A stretch of 64,000 nt of DNA from Octopus bimaculoides (lineage: Eukaryota), in assembly GCF_001194135.2 (NCBI RefSeq), contig NC_069001.1, positions 18,658,886 through 18,722,885 of the forward strand, in the 5' to 3' direction. Positions 23,404-37,384 of this stretch are shown here, in pieces (the stretch's first letter is position 1; each line of letters begins with the position of its first letter). A model generated the notes under the pieces. The model saw only the letters and a program-made list of their open reading frames with translations. It was not told the DNA's origin and did no database searches. Both the position numbers and the translations under genes were made by a program.

Positions 23404-23614
23404 TACTCTTTTACTTTTTTACTCGTTTCAGTCATTTGACTGCGGCCATGCTGGAGCACCGCCTTTAGTCGAGCAAATCGACCCCAGGACTTATTCTTTG
23501 TAAGTCTAGTACGTATTCTATCTGTCTCTTTTGCCGAACTGCTAAGTTACGGGGATGTAAACACACCAGTATCGGTTGTCAAGCAATGTTGGGGAGAAAA
23601 ACATAGGTGAACAA

Positions 23615-23647
<33 letters not shown>

Positions 23648-23810
23648 TATATACAATGGGCTTCTTTCAGTTGCCATTTACCAAATCCACTCACAAGGCT
23701 TTGGTCAGCCCGAGGCTATAGTAGAAGACACTTGCCCAAAGTGCCACGCAGTGGGACTGAACCCAGAACCATGAGGTTAGTAAGTAAGCTACTTATCACA
23801 CAGCCACTCC
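23404..23810 (-). mobile_element. tRNA-derived SINE (family A)
   Basis: Matches 4562-5053 and 19097-19642. Confidence 0.9.
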
Positions 23811-25529
23811 TGCACACTAATTAATAATAATATAATAAGGATTGTATTTGCTATAACTAAAAACTTATTTAGACATATATCATCTTCTAATAATATTAAA
23901 CTTTGATGAGTATTACACAAATAGAAACAATCCCCTTCCAACTAGAAACACAAATAATACCAAAAATGACTTTAATATTATACCTAGAATAAACAGGAGT
24001 AGTAATACAAACACGACCAACACATGTAATAAGGATCTAAATGTTTTATGTGACTGTAGAGTCAAGGAAAATTGTAAATTTAACAATAATTGTAAATGTA
24101 GAAACCTAATATACAAAGCTACACTTGAAGCTGAAGGTAAATACTTCTAATATGCTGTAGCCACAGTGTGTTATGTGAAATCTCCTATTGCTAACCTTGA
24201 AGCCTCTTTTAGAAATGTTAATAAAAGAAATAGCATGAGCCTTAGTAAATTTATCTGGAAACTTAAAGATAGTAGTACAACTTATAAAATTCGACAGAAA
24301 GTTTTAAATAATGCTCTACCCTATAGACTATCAGCCAAAACTTGCTCACTCTGCCTAGATGAAACATATCACATACTATTCTCTAAGTACAATCTTTTAA
24401 ATGATAAATCCGAAAAATTTACCAATGTTTACATGCACAAATATACTTCATCCAAATTTATATAATCATATAATTGTTTTCCAATACATATTATTTCACT
24501 ATATTATGATAACATACAATGCATTGGATATAATTACAATACTATATCACTTTATATATAGATATAACTTATTCCAATAGTGCATACATTCAGTCTTAAT
24601 CGCATCTTTAATAAAAATCTTGCTGTTTAATGTTAAAGTAGAATAATTAGCATTTAAAATACCATCTACGTATTATTCAATAACATTATTTCTTACTGGA
24701 CGCAAAATTATAACACCCATTTTTATCCTCATAATCCTTATTTAACCCTTAATATTAATGTTAAATTTTTAATTATGAACTTTATATTTAATCCTAAACT
24801 TACCTTATCATAATACAACAATAATCACCTCCATTGCTAATCCCACCATACTTAGCCCCTATTTTTATTTCCATTAATTTAATTAACTCACCTATATCAA
24901 ATTTTATTTAAACTCCAAAACTTAATCCCAAATTCTATTATCAATTTATTCTTAACTCTGTGCAATAATATATGATATCTTCTTGGTCAATTCCAATATT
25001 TTTTTCCTCCATTTCAATATATATACCATCATTGAAATTTTAAATAGTATATTCAATATTCCATCAATTAAACTTGTCCATATTAAAGATACCCATATAA
25101 CACATTTTAAATCCATGATATTAGCATACTTATTTATTAAAACAATGATCATATAAACCATATTTGATACCATAATATAAGTATAAATTTAATCCATTAA
25201 TCTCTGAAATTTGAAATTATAACATTCAGAAGCTCTAATACCAAATTTATCCCAACTTTATAAAATAATCTATAATACTTATTTCATTCTTAAATGGAAT
25301 ATACATACATATAAACGGAGATTACTATTTATTACTAATTATCAGATATTACTATTTTGGAATAAATCACATTTAAAATTTTTTTCAAAAAAAAAAAATA
25401 CATTACTCTCAAAAGTAAGTCCAATATAGCCTTTTTCTATACTTGATACTTTTTCTTAGAACAAAGGAAGATATATCTTAGTCCATCAAAATCCCAAATA
25501 ATTACAATTATTATAACATTTCTGCATAT

Positions 25530-26550
25530 GGCACACAGGGCAGAGACATAACTCAGCCTCTGCCACTTCATTTTTTAATTTGTTTATTTATGGAAACCCA
25601 CGTTTTCAGCTATGGAGATTCCAATTCTAAAAAAAAAAAATTGCGACTACACAACTTCAATTTACCCCCATCCCACCTCCTCCATGTCTTCATTTTTCAC
25701 TTTTCTCAAAAACTTTCTTGAGCGAAATACATAGAAAAATACAGAGATATGATTCTGAAAAAATTGCTTGAAAATTTCAATTTTTAAAAAACAAAAAAAA
25801 AAATATCTCAATCCCTCTCCTCCCGATTTTACATGCCAGAAATAACAGCCAAATCTCACACAAACTCTTTTTGGTACATATGTACATACTCTGTATCGAG
25901 TGCTTTGCTGTATCAGTCTTTGCCTTTCCCTTGGATAACATTGGTGGCATGGAAAGAGTAGGCTGGTATGCATGGGTGACTGCCGGTCTTCCATAAACAA
26001 ATTTGCCTGGACTTGTACCTTGGAGGGGAACTTTCATAGTCATTTATGGACAAAGGGGATCTTCACCCTTTTCCCCTATTAGATATTAGTCACACTGGTC
26101 TTCTACAAAACCTGCACTACTGTATCTCCTTCTCATAGATTAGTCTCTTGTCCACTGGCATGAAGCTGACCCCACCTCACAGGATTTGTAGTTCTGTGTG
26201 GTACATGGATGTTAGATGATGATGATGAGGATTTATATATTTTTTGTGAAAATGTTCCTGATTATAACAACACAAAAATAACCATTGCAGAGTTAATGAT
26301 GATGATAATGATGATAAAAGTGATGATGATGTTAACTACTCTGTTGATGATGACAATCAAAGCAATGATGAACATGATGATAAGCAATTTAGAATTGTTT
26401 TGTATGAAATGGAAATTTTGAAGTGATTTTTGCCAATTTTTTTTTCTTTTTCAGAATCGGAATCTCCATAGCTGAAAACATGGGTTTCCATTAAAAAAAA
26501 AACTAAGGAATAAAGTGAGAGGGGGTGGGTTACGTCTCCGCCATGTGTAC
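25530..26550. mobile_element. Non-autonomous DNA element with ~110-bp imperfect TIRs
   Basis: TGGAAACCCACGTTTTCAGCTATGGAGATTCC (about 25590) is the reverse complement of GGAATCTCCATAGCTGAAAACATGGGTTTCCA (about 26460); similarity extends outward to about 25530 and 26550. Confidence 0.65.
25905..26070 (+). mobile_element. 3' fragment of SINE family C
   Basis: GCCTTTCCCTTGGATAACA...CATAAACAA...CAAAGGGGAT shared with 51094-51428. Confidence 0.75.
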
Positions 26551-27485
26551 CCTCTGTATAACATTCTAAACACAACATCATAGTATAATATAATATATAT
26601 TAAGAAATTTTATTTCTTAATATATTTTTGTTTGTATCTTATACCCCCACATAAAATCATATGTGTTTTTATCCCACATTTCTCCCATTTTGTTATTTTT
26701 TTATCCCTCATAAAATCTACTTTTTTCTCTCTATACACTTATATATTTTTTGCAATAAATATTTATATTTATCTCTGTAGTATGTAAACAATAAATTTTC
26801 TCTGAATATTGGAATCTATATGTTAGTACATGGAATTGATAAATAATTAATAGTTATTATAGTATATATAAAATTATTTTCCTCTTTTATTTCCCAAATT
26901 CATTTATGTTTTTTTCCCCTCGAATATCTATTTCATATGAGATATTTCATATCTCATTCTGTCTTTAATACCCTTAACAACCCATAACATCCGATATTAT
27001 AATTAAATAACCTATCTATGTCCCTTAATCCCTTACATGTATATTTTTCAAATACATTTTAGTATTTTAGCAAAATTTCAGTGTATAATATCTCCTCACA
27101 TGAACTCGGTGTCCCAATAAATTATTGTTTACATTTGAATATTCAAAAACACAGTCCTCAGCTTAGTTTATTGCATTGTTCAACATCTGAAAGTATACAT
27201 CTATCTCTGAAGATATCCAACTTAGTATGTGTTTTTTTACATCTGAAATAGCTTGAATGCTGATAATTCAAACCTAAAGCTGGATTGAAACATATGAGGA
27301 TTTTTTGGGTTATCTTTTTGATTATTTCTGTTCTTGATCAGGTCCCCTTATATCCTGAATCTTATAGGTATTAATTTTTCATTGTGATACTAATAAATGT
27401 AACAAAGTATCCACTATATATTTTTCTTCTCTGTTTTATTTTATTTTATTAACTATATATATATATATATATATATATACTAGAC

Positions 27486-27690
27486 CAGTGCTTCTCAAAC
27501 TATTTGATGTGGCATACTCGCAGTTATTTTTCTCCAAAGTGCCATGGACCAGTAATATTTCTTAGTAATATTTATTTATACCAGAAACAATATAATGAAT
27601 ATAATAAAAGTTGACAATTTTTTATCTTATATTTATTTTGTAAACAAATTATACAATATTACATAAGCATTTTATAATGTTTATAATGTT
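27486..27690 (+). mobile_element. Possible hAT/Charlie-type left end
   Basis: CAGTGCTTCTCAAACT resembles the CAGTGGTTCTCAAAC terminus; right end not found. Confidence 0.35.
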
Positions 27691-27699
27691 TGGGTACAT

Positions 27700-29413
27700 A
27701 CCAGCTTTCTCATACTGCATCTGTCACTCTTACCCTCTCTAGGATCTCTCACATCACTTTGTCTCACCAACTCACCTCACCTACTTATCTCTTGATGTAG
27801 CTACATTCTGTTTGAAGCCACACCATGATTAGTAGTCACCCACCAGTCTCCCACTCATTAAGAACAGTCCTCATTTGTTCATGCTGGTGGCCAGTTCCAG
27901 AATTTCATTTCCTCTCCAAAATACCAATATGCCCACATTGTCTCTTTGTAGCTTGAGCCCTAGGGCAGCTCCTCTGACCATCACCTCTGGTGGTTTTACG
28001 GTTAGTCAGAAAATCTGTAGGTGAACTATGACCTCTGCTGCCAACACCACAGTCTTGTCTACTAAGATATTGTCAATATAGGAATTGGTGGCCTTTTTCA
28101 CTTTGTCAAACTTTCTCAGAATAAACTTGAGGACCATCATCTTGATCTTTGGTGCTGAGTTCAGCCTGAAACCCAGTCTGGTCAAACAGTATGATGGCCC
28201 TTGTGTCTTACCAGCTGATATTTCCAGTGTGTAGGTGCAGATATGCTGACTATAGATATTGACAACTGTTGAAGCCATTGTCATCTGTCTCCATTCTCAC
28301 TGTTTCTCTGCAGACATTGGCAACTTTGCTGCTCGTGTGACACAATATGTAGTCATTCAGCTCTTGAAAGTCCACTACCAGCCTGATCTTGCCTTTTGTT
28401 GGCTGCACCGCTACCATTAGCAGCAGCACTCCACTCTTTACTTTCTCCTTCCAAGACTTATCTTTCTACCTCTCCCTTGATCTTGCTCCTTTCATCTCCT
28501 TTTAAGATATACTGATTACAGCTTACCCTATTCCTCAATGTCAAGAAATCTCCTTTTCAGTGCCATTCAACCATTCACCACTGACTGCTGAAACAGCCTG
28601 AAAATCCTTGTCTATGATAGCGTATGCAACACAGTTCTCTCCAGGGCTCTCTCCTCTCTCCTGTTACAAATTCACAGAGCATGGTGCCCTCCCACCACCA
28701 AATGTAACCCTGTCTCCATTAACTGTGGCACTTCTTAAGTGGTTGATTACCGTATCAATGCCATTTACCACATGGTCAATCACAATTGCTCACAGCCTTA
28801 GTTTTGTTCCCTGCACCACCACCACCATTTCTCTGTTACCTCTACATCTAATCTCGCTGCCATCAACTTCACTTATATTACTCATCCCATTCCACTCTTT
28901 AATCACCTTTGGAGTCACTAAAGTTATTGTACAACCCGTGTCCACAAGGGCTTTTAACACCTCCTCCCCAACTAGGACCTCCACCTGAGGCAGTGACTGT
29001 ACAAGTGCCTCTACTTACTTGCAAGGGGAACTAGTAAGCCAATAGTTTCCCTTTGGTCATTTCCCTGACTCCAGTTGCTGGTGATATATCCTGCTTGCTT
29101 TCACTAGTAGCAAATTGGTTCGACCTTTGCCTCCTTGTAATCTATCTCCAATGTGTGGACCCTGACACCTAAAACTCTGGCCTTTTTATAGCTTGACAAA
29201 CTAAAACTCTGGCCTTTTTGTAGCTTGACAAAAGCTACAAGCATAAAGCTATACATAAACATAATCAGAAATGAGGAATTATTGAGGTGTTGTTTATTGT
29301 GTGTTAAACATCTTCAATGTGAAAGGAGAGAGAGAGAGAGTGATTCATCAATAAAGGCTAGGTCTTGTTGACTGCCTAATCATAAGTCACCTCCTCTGCC
29401 AACTAGTTCAACA
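27700..29413 (-). mobile_element. Ty3/Gypsy remnant (LTR-like end, protease, RT)
   Basis: ORF 28790-28984 has KALVDTGC (aspartic protease); ORF 28006-28284 has GFRLNSAP...YIDN; minus-strand TGTTGAAC start at 29413; 32-bp tandem duplication at about 29170-29235. Confidence 0.75.
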
Positions 29414-30404
29414 ACTAGTCTGCAGTAAAGGTCCTCATCCTTTATGAGTTCTCAGAAAATGCCCTACAATACATTCTTTTATTTTGGGTCTTCTGTCATA
29501 TTTCACGGAGAATATCAAGTCACCGGAGATACAAATTGAGAAAAGTTGCATCAGTTTTGCCTGCAAATGCTTGTGTCATTGTCCTCTCTGTCATTCAAGA
29601 AATTACATGACAAAATTGTGTGTGATATAAACAAAAATTCTTGAAATTATAAGAGAAAACCAACTATTTTAGGAGAAGTGAAAACTGTAAGGTAAATTAC
29701 ATTTGGAGGGCTGTATTGTCATAGAAAACGTTTCCCATCTTAATCCCCAAAGAGATCAGTCTTTCAAAATCGATGGCCTTGAATTCATGGGTGTAATATG
29801 TCATCTGAACATGGACAACTTGAGTGCCACAATCCAAAATATCTTGTTCAGTAAAAGTCCCACAATTTGAACTCATTAACCATCCACAACTTTCGTCCAT
29901 TAAATAAAGCAGCTCCAGTCAGCGATGTCCCTATTACCTGGTCTTTATTCCCCCTTGTTTTTAGATTCTAAACATCTCAAGAGAGAGTTTCAGTCTGCCC
30001 ATTGGTGTGATAATTACAGTTAATCAAAGTTGTTTTCAACTTGCTCTATTAAATATGTGAGACCTGGCCATGTTATTTGATATTGATCACTAACCTTCAG
30101 ACATCCCCACCACCACCACCACCACCACCACTACCATTAGGAAGTATACTCTACTTCATCCCCTCATCATCATCATCGTCATTATTAACTACAATTATAG
30201 CACCTAAGGGACCATTACTATTATTACTGTCACTACTCTCAATATGTATGTGTGTGTGTGAGTATGTGTATGTGTGAGTATGTGTGTGTGAGTCTGTGTG
30301 TGCGCATGTGTATAGTTGCTTATGTGTGTGTGTCCATGTGTGTTTGTATATATATGTACAAAAAGAGATGATGGAGAACAGAAAGAAAGAGAGAGAAAGA
30401 GAGG

Positions 30405-30438
<34 letters not shown>

Positions 30439-30512
30439 CTGTCTTAGTTCTGCAAAAGACTTGACAGAGGAAACCATCATGCAGACATCAGTTTATAGAC
30501 ACAAATATATCA

Positions 30513-30556
<44 letters not shown>

Positions 30557-31909
30557 CAACACACACCTATGTATATACACTTTTCTGCACACACACATAC
30601 ACATCGCCTATGCATACATGCACACACACACACACACACACATACACGTGTCAGCCATTTTCCTTGAGACAACTGCATTAAACTGTTTGTTATTGTTACT
30701 GCAGAGCTGCTGTTGAAGAATGTTAACAGCAATGTGGTGCTACTACTACACTGGGAGGAGACTTCCAACATCATCAACAAAACAATAAAACCTGACTCTC
30801 TCTTAAACACTGACATCTTACTTTTTTTCGCTCATTTCTTCATTTGTTCGTTTATATATATATATATATATTCCTTCGTTTATATATTCCTTCACTTTTG
30901 ATTATCTAATCACTCATTCCTTCATTCAGTCTTTTTCTCCCTTGTTTCTCCATTCCTCAGTCACCTATGTTCCTTTCTTCTCTAATTGCCCCATTTTCTT
31001 CAATTTCCTTCCCACACACACACATACGCCCTCTCTCTCTCTCTCTTTCTCTCCTCTCTCTCCCCTTCCTCGCTCTCCTCTCTCTCCCCTCTATCTCTCC
31101 CCTCTCTCNNNNNNNNNNNNNNNNNNNNNNNNNNNNNNNNNNNNNNNNNNNNNNNNNNNNNNNNNNNNNNNNNNNNNNNNNNNNNNNNNNNNNNNNNNNN
31201 NNNNNNNNNNNNNNNNNNNNNNNNNNNNNNNNNNNNNNNNNNNNNNNNNNNNNNNNNNNNNNNNNNNNNNNNNNNNNNNNNNNNNNNNNNNNNNNNNNNN
31301 NNNNNNNNNNNNNNNNNNNNNNNNNNNNNNNNCTCTCTCTCCCCTCTCTCTCCCCTCTCTCTCCCCTCCCCTCCCCTCCCTCTCTCTCCTATATACTTTT
31401 ATTTTACTATACTTCCTATGTACCTCTCTCACAATCTATCAATCCATCTCTGTCCACTGCTTAATCTCTATTTCTCTGTCTATCTGAGTAGCTATCTGTC
31501 TGTCTGTCTGTCTGTCCGTCCGTCTGTCTGTCTGTCCATCTGTCGATCTGTCTGTCTGTCTATCTATCTCTCTATCTATTTGTCTGTCTATCTATTTATC
31601 TGTCTGTCTGTCCACCTATCTTTATGTAACTTTGTATGCATGCATATATATGTATATAAGCATGCGTGTATGTATATATATATATATATATACGTGTGTG
31701 TGTGTGTGTGTGTATTCATGCATATATGTATTATATAGTACCTTCCCCCACTCTCATACCTGCCTATTATTTCTACCAACACTCACCATCATCATCCTCA
31801 TCATTGTCACCATCATCATCTTAATATCTTTATTTAATTATTATCATTATTAGTCATTTACCAATGATGTGGACGATGAATAAATTATATTTAGAAATGT
31901 TGTTTATTG

Positions 31910-31956
<47 letters not shown>

Positions 31957-32941
31957 CATAAATATATATATATATATACATAAATATACATATATATATA
32001 CATATATATACATATATATATACATATATATATATATAAATATATATATACATATATATACATATATATATACATATATATACATATATATATACATANN
32101 NNNNNNNNNNNNNNNNNNNNNNNNNNNNNNNNNNNNNNNNNNNNNNNNNNNNNNNNNNNNNNNNNNNNNNNNNNNNNNNNNNNNNNNNNNNNNNNNNNNN
32201 NNNNNNNNNNNNNNNNNNNNNNNNNNNNNNNNNNNNNNNNNNNNNNNNNNNNNNNNNNNNNNNNNNNNNNNNNNNNNNNNNNNNNNNNNNNNNNNNNNNN
32301 NNNNNNNNNNNNNNNNNNNNNNNNNNNNNNNNNNNNNNNNNNNNNNNNNNNNNNNNNNNNNNNNNNNNNNNNNNNNNNNNNNNNNNNNNNNNNNNNNNNN
32401 NNNNNNNNNNNNNNNNNNNNNNNNNNNNNNNNNNNNNNNNNNNNNNNNNNNNNNNNNNNNNNNNNNNNNNNNNNNNNNNNNNNNNNNNNNNNNNNNNNNN
32501 NNNNNNNNNNNNNNNNNNNNNNNNNNNNNNNNNNNNNNNNNNNNNNNNNNNNNNNNNNNNNNNNNNNNNNNNNNNNNNNNNNNNNNNNNNNNNNNNNNNN
32601 NNNNNNNNNNNNNNNNNNNNNNNNNNNNNNNNNNNNNNNNNNNNNNNNNNNNNNNNNNNNNNNNNNNNNNNNNNNNNNNNNNNNNNNNNNNNNNNNNNNN
32701 NNNNNNNNNNNNNNNNNNNNNNNNNNNNNNNNNNNNNNNNNNNNNNNNNNNNNNNNNNNNNNNNNNNNNNNNNNNNNNNNNNNNNNNNNNNNNNNNNNNN
32801 NNNNNNNNNNNNNNNNNNNNNNNNNNNNNNNNNNNNNNNNNNNNNNNNNNNNNNNNNNNNNNNNNNNNNNNNNNNNNNNNNNNNNNNNNNNNNNNNNNNN
32901 NNNNNNNNNNNNNNNNNNNNNNNNNNNNNNNNNNNNNNNNN

Positions 32942-33017
32942 AATGTTCAGCTTTTCTCTCAAGATACTTACACTCTGACGGGTATTCACATTGACATTAC
33001 ACATCCAACGGAGCATA

Positions 33018-33020
<3 letters not shown>
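32942..33020 (-). mobile_element. RTE LINE fragment at gap edge
   Basis: LRWMCNVNVNTRQSVSILREKLNI matches the RTE at 43200-43270. Confidence 0.75.
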
Positions 33021-33062
<42 letters not shown>

Positions 33063-33580
33063 TTATGTATGTGTGTATGTGTGTGCATGTATTTGTGTAT
33101 GGATATGTGTGTGTATATATTTACACACACACACACACACATATCCAAAAGACAAAGAGTGGAACAGGTAAAACACAGACTACAAATGTTTCATAGCAAG
33201 ATGAAGTTTGTTACATAATTTGTAATGAACACAAACCAGCTTAGCTAATCATTAGGTCTCTGTTACCTTAATATTATTTACATTGCTGCTCAGAGATGAA
33301 CCAATAAGTTATCAAAACCAGCCACTACAGGAATGGCTAGTTGAGATTGCAAGTTAGGTGATAAAAGTGAGATTATAATAAAATGTGAAAGAGAAACCAT
33401 AGATGAAAAGTTCAATAGTGAATGTACGATGTACAGTATATATACAGACATAAAGACATATATGAACATATATGTTTACATATACATACATATATATAAA
33501 TACACACATACATAATACTATACACACACACATAGCACATAGACACATCCACACATACATAGCACATATATTACACACAC

Positions 33581-36500
33581 TTGATTGGCAGCGTGTCTAG
33601 GAGAAGGACACGTTGATATAATACCTATGACCCAAGGACTTCTCTGTCATCATCCCAGCTTGCTGGGCCACAGCAGATGAACTCCAGGTGTAAAGGGTGG
33701 GGCCAGTTCTGTGCAAACTGCACTTCACCTGAAAACTCCATTGCACAGGCCAAAGGATCTGTCCACGTCCGTGACCACGATCACAACTCTCCAAGCCCTG
33801 TAACGATGGAAAGGGGGTGAAAACGGCAGGTGGAAGATGTCACTGGAAGCTGCAGCTCCCAACCTGCATGCAGGTGGTTTGGGACATTGGTCACCTGGTG
33901 TTGACTTGGAGATGACAATATCACTCGGCAGCATCCTTATCTAGGGAGAGCACTGCTTACTCCACATGGAGAGGAGCCTAGAAAAGGTGGCCTAAAGAAA
34001 GCTTGTCTCTTACACACCCAGTTGGCAAATCGCAGCCATTGGGCATCTTCTTCAAGCAGTCAAATATGCACAAATACAGAAAGAAAAGGCTCCAAACGCC
34101 CTTCAAATGTTGCCAAATGGCTGAAGATTGCATGTTGGAACGTCAGAACCATTCTGGACTCAGGTGACAGAGGTTACCCAGAGCGCCAATCTGCTTTCAT
34201 TGCACATTAACTGTCCAGGCTAAAAATTGATATCACAGCCCTTAGTGAAGTCTGGCTCCCAGAGGAAGGCAGCTTGAAAGAACATAGTGCCAGATACACT
34301 CTATATTGGTCAGGCAAACCCCCATCAGAAAGATGCTATTCAGGTGTTGGTTTCATAAGAAACTCCATTGCTTCAATGCTGGAAACCCTACTAGTAGGTC
34401 ATTCTAACCGCATCATCTCCGTGTGCCTCCCTCTGGAAAACAAGCGGCATGTCACGATCTTCAGTGTTTACTCTCCGACCCTCCAAGCAGACCCAGCAGA
34501 CAAGAACAAGTTCTACTCAGACTTGTGCAGACTCCTCTAGGGAAACCCCATCGATGATAAAGTCATAATCCTAGGAGATTTCAATGCCAGAGTGGGCCAA
34601 AATTCAGAAACGTGGAAAGAAGTCCTCGGAAAACATAGGGATGTGAACTGCAATGACGATGGGCGACTCTTGCTTGAGTTTTTCACCAAACATCAGCTTT
34701 TCATCATCAATACCATCTTCCAGCAAAGAGACAGTCTGAAAACAACCTGAATGCATCCCTGATCAAAACACTGGCACCTCCTTGACTATGTCCTAGTGCA
34801 CCAACAAAACTAGTCTGACGTCATGCACACCAGAGTGATGCTTAGCACAGAATGCCATACTGACCATCGTCTGGGCTGTTGCAAACTCAAACCCCACTTC
34901 AAGCCCAAACCAACAAAAAAGACAGGACTGGCTAACAACAAGAAAATCAAAACTAGCAATCTGCAGATAAACGAAGTGAAAGTAAACTTTCAGGCAGGAC
35001 GACAGGCAATGCTTGATAAATCCAATAGCCCCTCAGATCCCTCTCCAGAAATCCTATGGGAATAACTGAAAACCACCATTCTACAGACCTCTGTAGAAAT
35101 CCTTCGGTTTATGAAGAAAAATAACAAGGATTGATTTGATGAAAACAATGTCCTGATCCAGGAATTATTAAAGAAGATGAGGTGTGTCTACCAAGCACAC
35201 CTGGCACAACCGACCTGCCTTGAGAAGAAAGCGGCCTTTCACTAAGTCTGTAGCTTTCTGCAGTGCAAACTCCGTGAAGTTCAGAATGAGTGGTGGACCA
35301 ACCTCACATGGAGAACCTAGCTGTGCGCTGACTCTGGCAACTACAGGGGGTTCTATGAAGCTCTCAAAGCAGTCTATGGCCCAGCACACCAAGTCTGAAG
35401 TTCCCTGTGCAGCTCAGATGGCCAAGCACTTCTCACAGACATAACATCCATCCTCAGCTGCTGGTCTGAATACTTTGAGGCCCTCTTCAGTGCAAACTGA
35501 TTTGTCCAGGAAAATGCAATCCTCCACATCCAGCAGCAACCAGTCAGAGTGGAATTAGATGAGCCTCCAACTCTGGAATAGACCACAGTTGCCATAGGCT
35601 GGCTGAAGAGCAGAAAGGCAGCAGGAGTCAATGGCATGCCATCAGAGATATGGAAGCATGGGGCTCCTGTCATACATACTAAACTCCATGAGCTCATTGT
35701 TGCATACTGGGAACAGGGCAAGCTGCCACAAGATCTCTGCAATGCTGTCATCATTACACTGTACAAAAATCAAAGGGAAAAATCAGACTGTTCAAACTAC
35801 CGGGGGATCACCCTGCTTTCTGCTTCAGGAAAAGTTCTAGCAAGACTACTCCTCAACAGACTTGTTCTGTCCATTGCTGAAAATCATCTTCCAGAAAGCC
35901 AATGTGGTTTCAGAGCCAACAGAAGCACAACAGAGATGGTTTTCATTCTCACGCAGCTCCAAGAAAAGTGCTGGGGGCAAAACAAACCACTTTATGTAAC
36001 ATTTGTTGATCTGACAAAAGCGTTTAACACTGTGAGCAGGAAAGTTCTGTGGCAGATCCTAAACTGATTTGGCTGTCTCCCGAAATTCCTAACCATGATC
36101 ATCCAGCTTCACGAAGACCAGCAAGAACAAGTCTGCCTGAATAGCGATATATCAGAGCCATTCCCCATCAACAACGGCATGAAGTAGGATTGTGTCCTAG
36201 CACCAACTCTCTTCAGAATCTTCTTCAGCATGATGCTCAAGCAGGCTACTGCATACCTCGATGCTGAAGATGGCGTCTACATCAGGCACTGTCTGAACGA
36301 CAGTCTTTTCAACCTCTGGCACCTACTGGCTCACACCAAGACTCAAGAGCAATTGATCCAAGACCTCCTGTTTGCAGATGATGCTGCACTTGTCACACAC
36401 ACAGAAAGAGCCCTGCAGCACATCACATCCTGATTTGCAAAAGCTGGCCAGCACTTCAGGCTGGAAGTAAGCTTGAAAAAGACTGAAGTCTTACACCAAC

Positions 36501-37345
36501 CAGCACCTCAGAAAGAGTTCAGGATGCCCCTACATCACCATTGCCAAAACAGAACTGAAGTCAGTACAGCAGTTCACTTATGCTGGATGTACCATTTCAT
36601 CAGATGCGTGTATCAACAAGAAAGTTGACAACAAACTTGCAAAGGCAAACAAAACATTTGACAGACTGCACAAACATGTGTGGAATAATAAGCATCTTAA
36701 GATCAGCACAAAAGTCAGAGTCTACAAGGCCATCATCTTCATGATGCTCCTATATGACTCTGAGTCATCTCAAGCTTCTTGGACATTTTCGCCAAGGCTG
36801 CCTTCATACCATCCTCAACATCTACTGGACTGACTACATCACCTACACTGAGGTCTTCAAGTGATCAAAGGTCACCAGCCTGGGAGCCATTTTACTTGAG
36901 ATACAACTGCATTGGGCAGGACATGTTGACAAGATGAAACACCACCACTTACCCAAGATCATCATTGATGGTGAGCTCACCACTGGCCACCACAACAGGG
37001 GGGGGGCATCAAAGAAGCATTACAAGGGCTGCCTAAAGCAGTCCCTTAGTGTTGTGACATTGATTATCATGAGTGGTCCATTCTAACAGTTGACTGTGTT
37101 ACTTGGTGCCATACCATCAGCAATGCTGTTTCCTCCTTTGAGACCTCTCACAGTGCCTCTCTTGAAGACAAATGTCAGAGGTGAAAAAAATAATGCAGCT
37201 GCATCATCAGACCCTGGACAACTATACTGCTGTCATCATTGCAATCAGATATGTCGATCCCACATCAGCCTTATCAGCCACGAACAAGTGTGCAGGCAAC
37301 ATGGATAACAGCCTTCCTAATCTTCATCTGCGAAGCCAAGCCAAG
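33581..37345 (+). mobile_element. Near-full-length RTE LINE (APE + RT), many stops and frameshifts
   Basis: WNVRT (about 34135), YWSGKP, ILGDFNARVG, NYRGITLLS, QCGFR, FVDLTKAFN, LLFADD, C-terminal CHHC...H; (GCCAA)n tail at 37334-37345. Confidence 0.92.
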
Positions 37346-37384
37346 ATTACATGCTGTTATATTGCTCTAATTCAGTTCTATTGA

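Larger units (their letters stand above)
22235..24470 (+). mobile_element. Older decayed PLE interrupted by an R4/Dong-like fragment and a SINE
   Basis: 22235-22600: GGLYKD, VNFLNVNLNL..HEPYHKPN. 24040-24465: CDCRVKENC...NLIYKA, SLSKFIWKLKD, TCSLCLDE. Confidence 0.65.

Noticed and set aside
7661-27501. hAT-like termini TAGAAGCACTG (7661-7671) and CAGTGCTTCTCAAACT (27486-27501) as one element
   Set aside because: They face outward (right end precedes left end) and are 20 kb apart
30690-30900. Exon-like segment after TTACTGCAG (ELLLKNVNSNVVLLLHWEE...)
   Set aside because: No donor site or homology; embedded in microsatellites
5677-33196. Long ORFs in the track (e.g. 5677-6756, 14487-15380, 31904-33148, 31907-33196)
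   Set aside because: They are open only because they run through N-gaps or dinucleotide repeats (poly-X, HT/YI/CV runs)
33581-34030. HDV-like ribozyme in the RTE 5' UTR (known in some RTEs)
   Set aside because: I could not build a P1/P2/P3 nested pseudoknot by eye; needs an RNArobo or Infernal search
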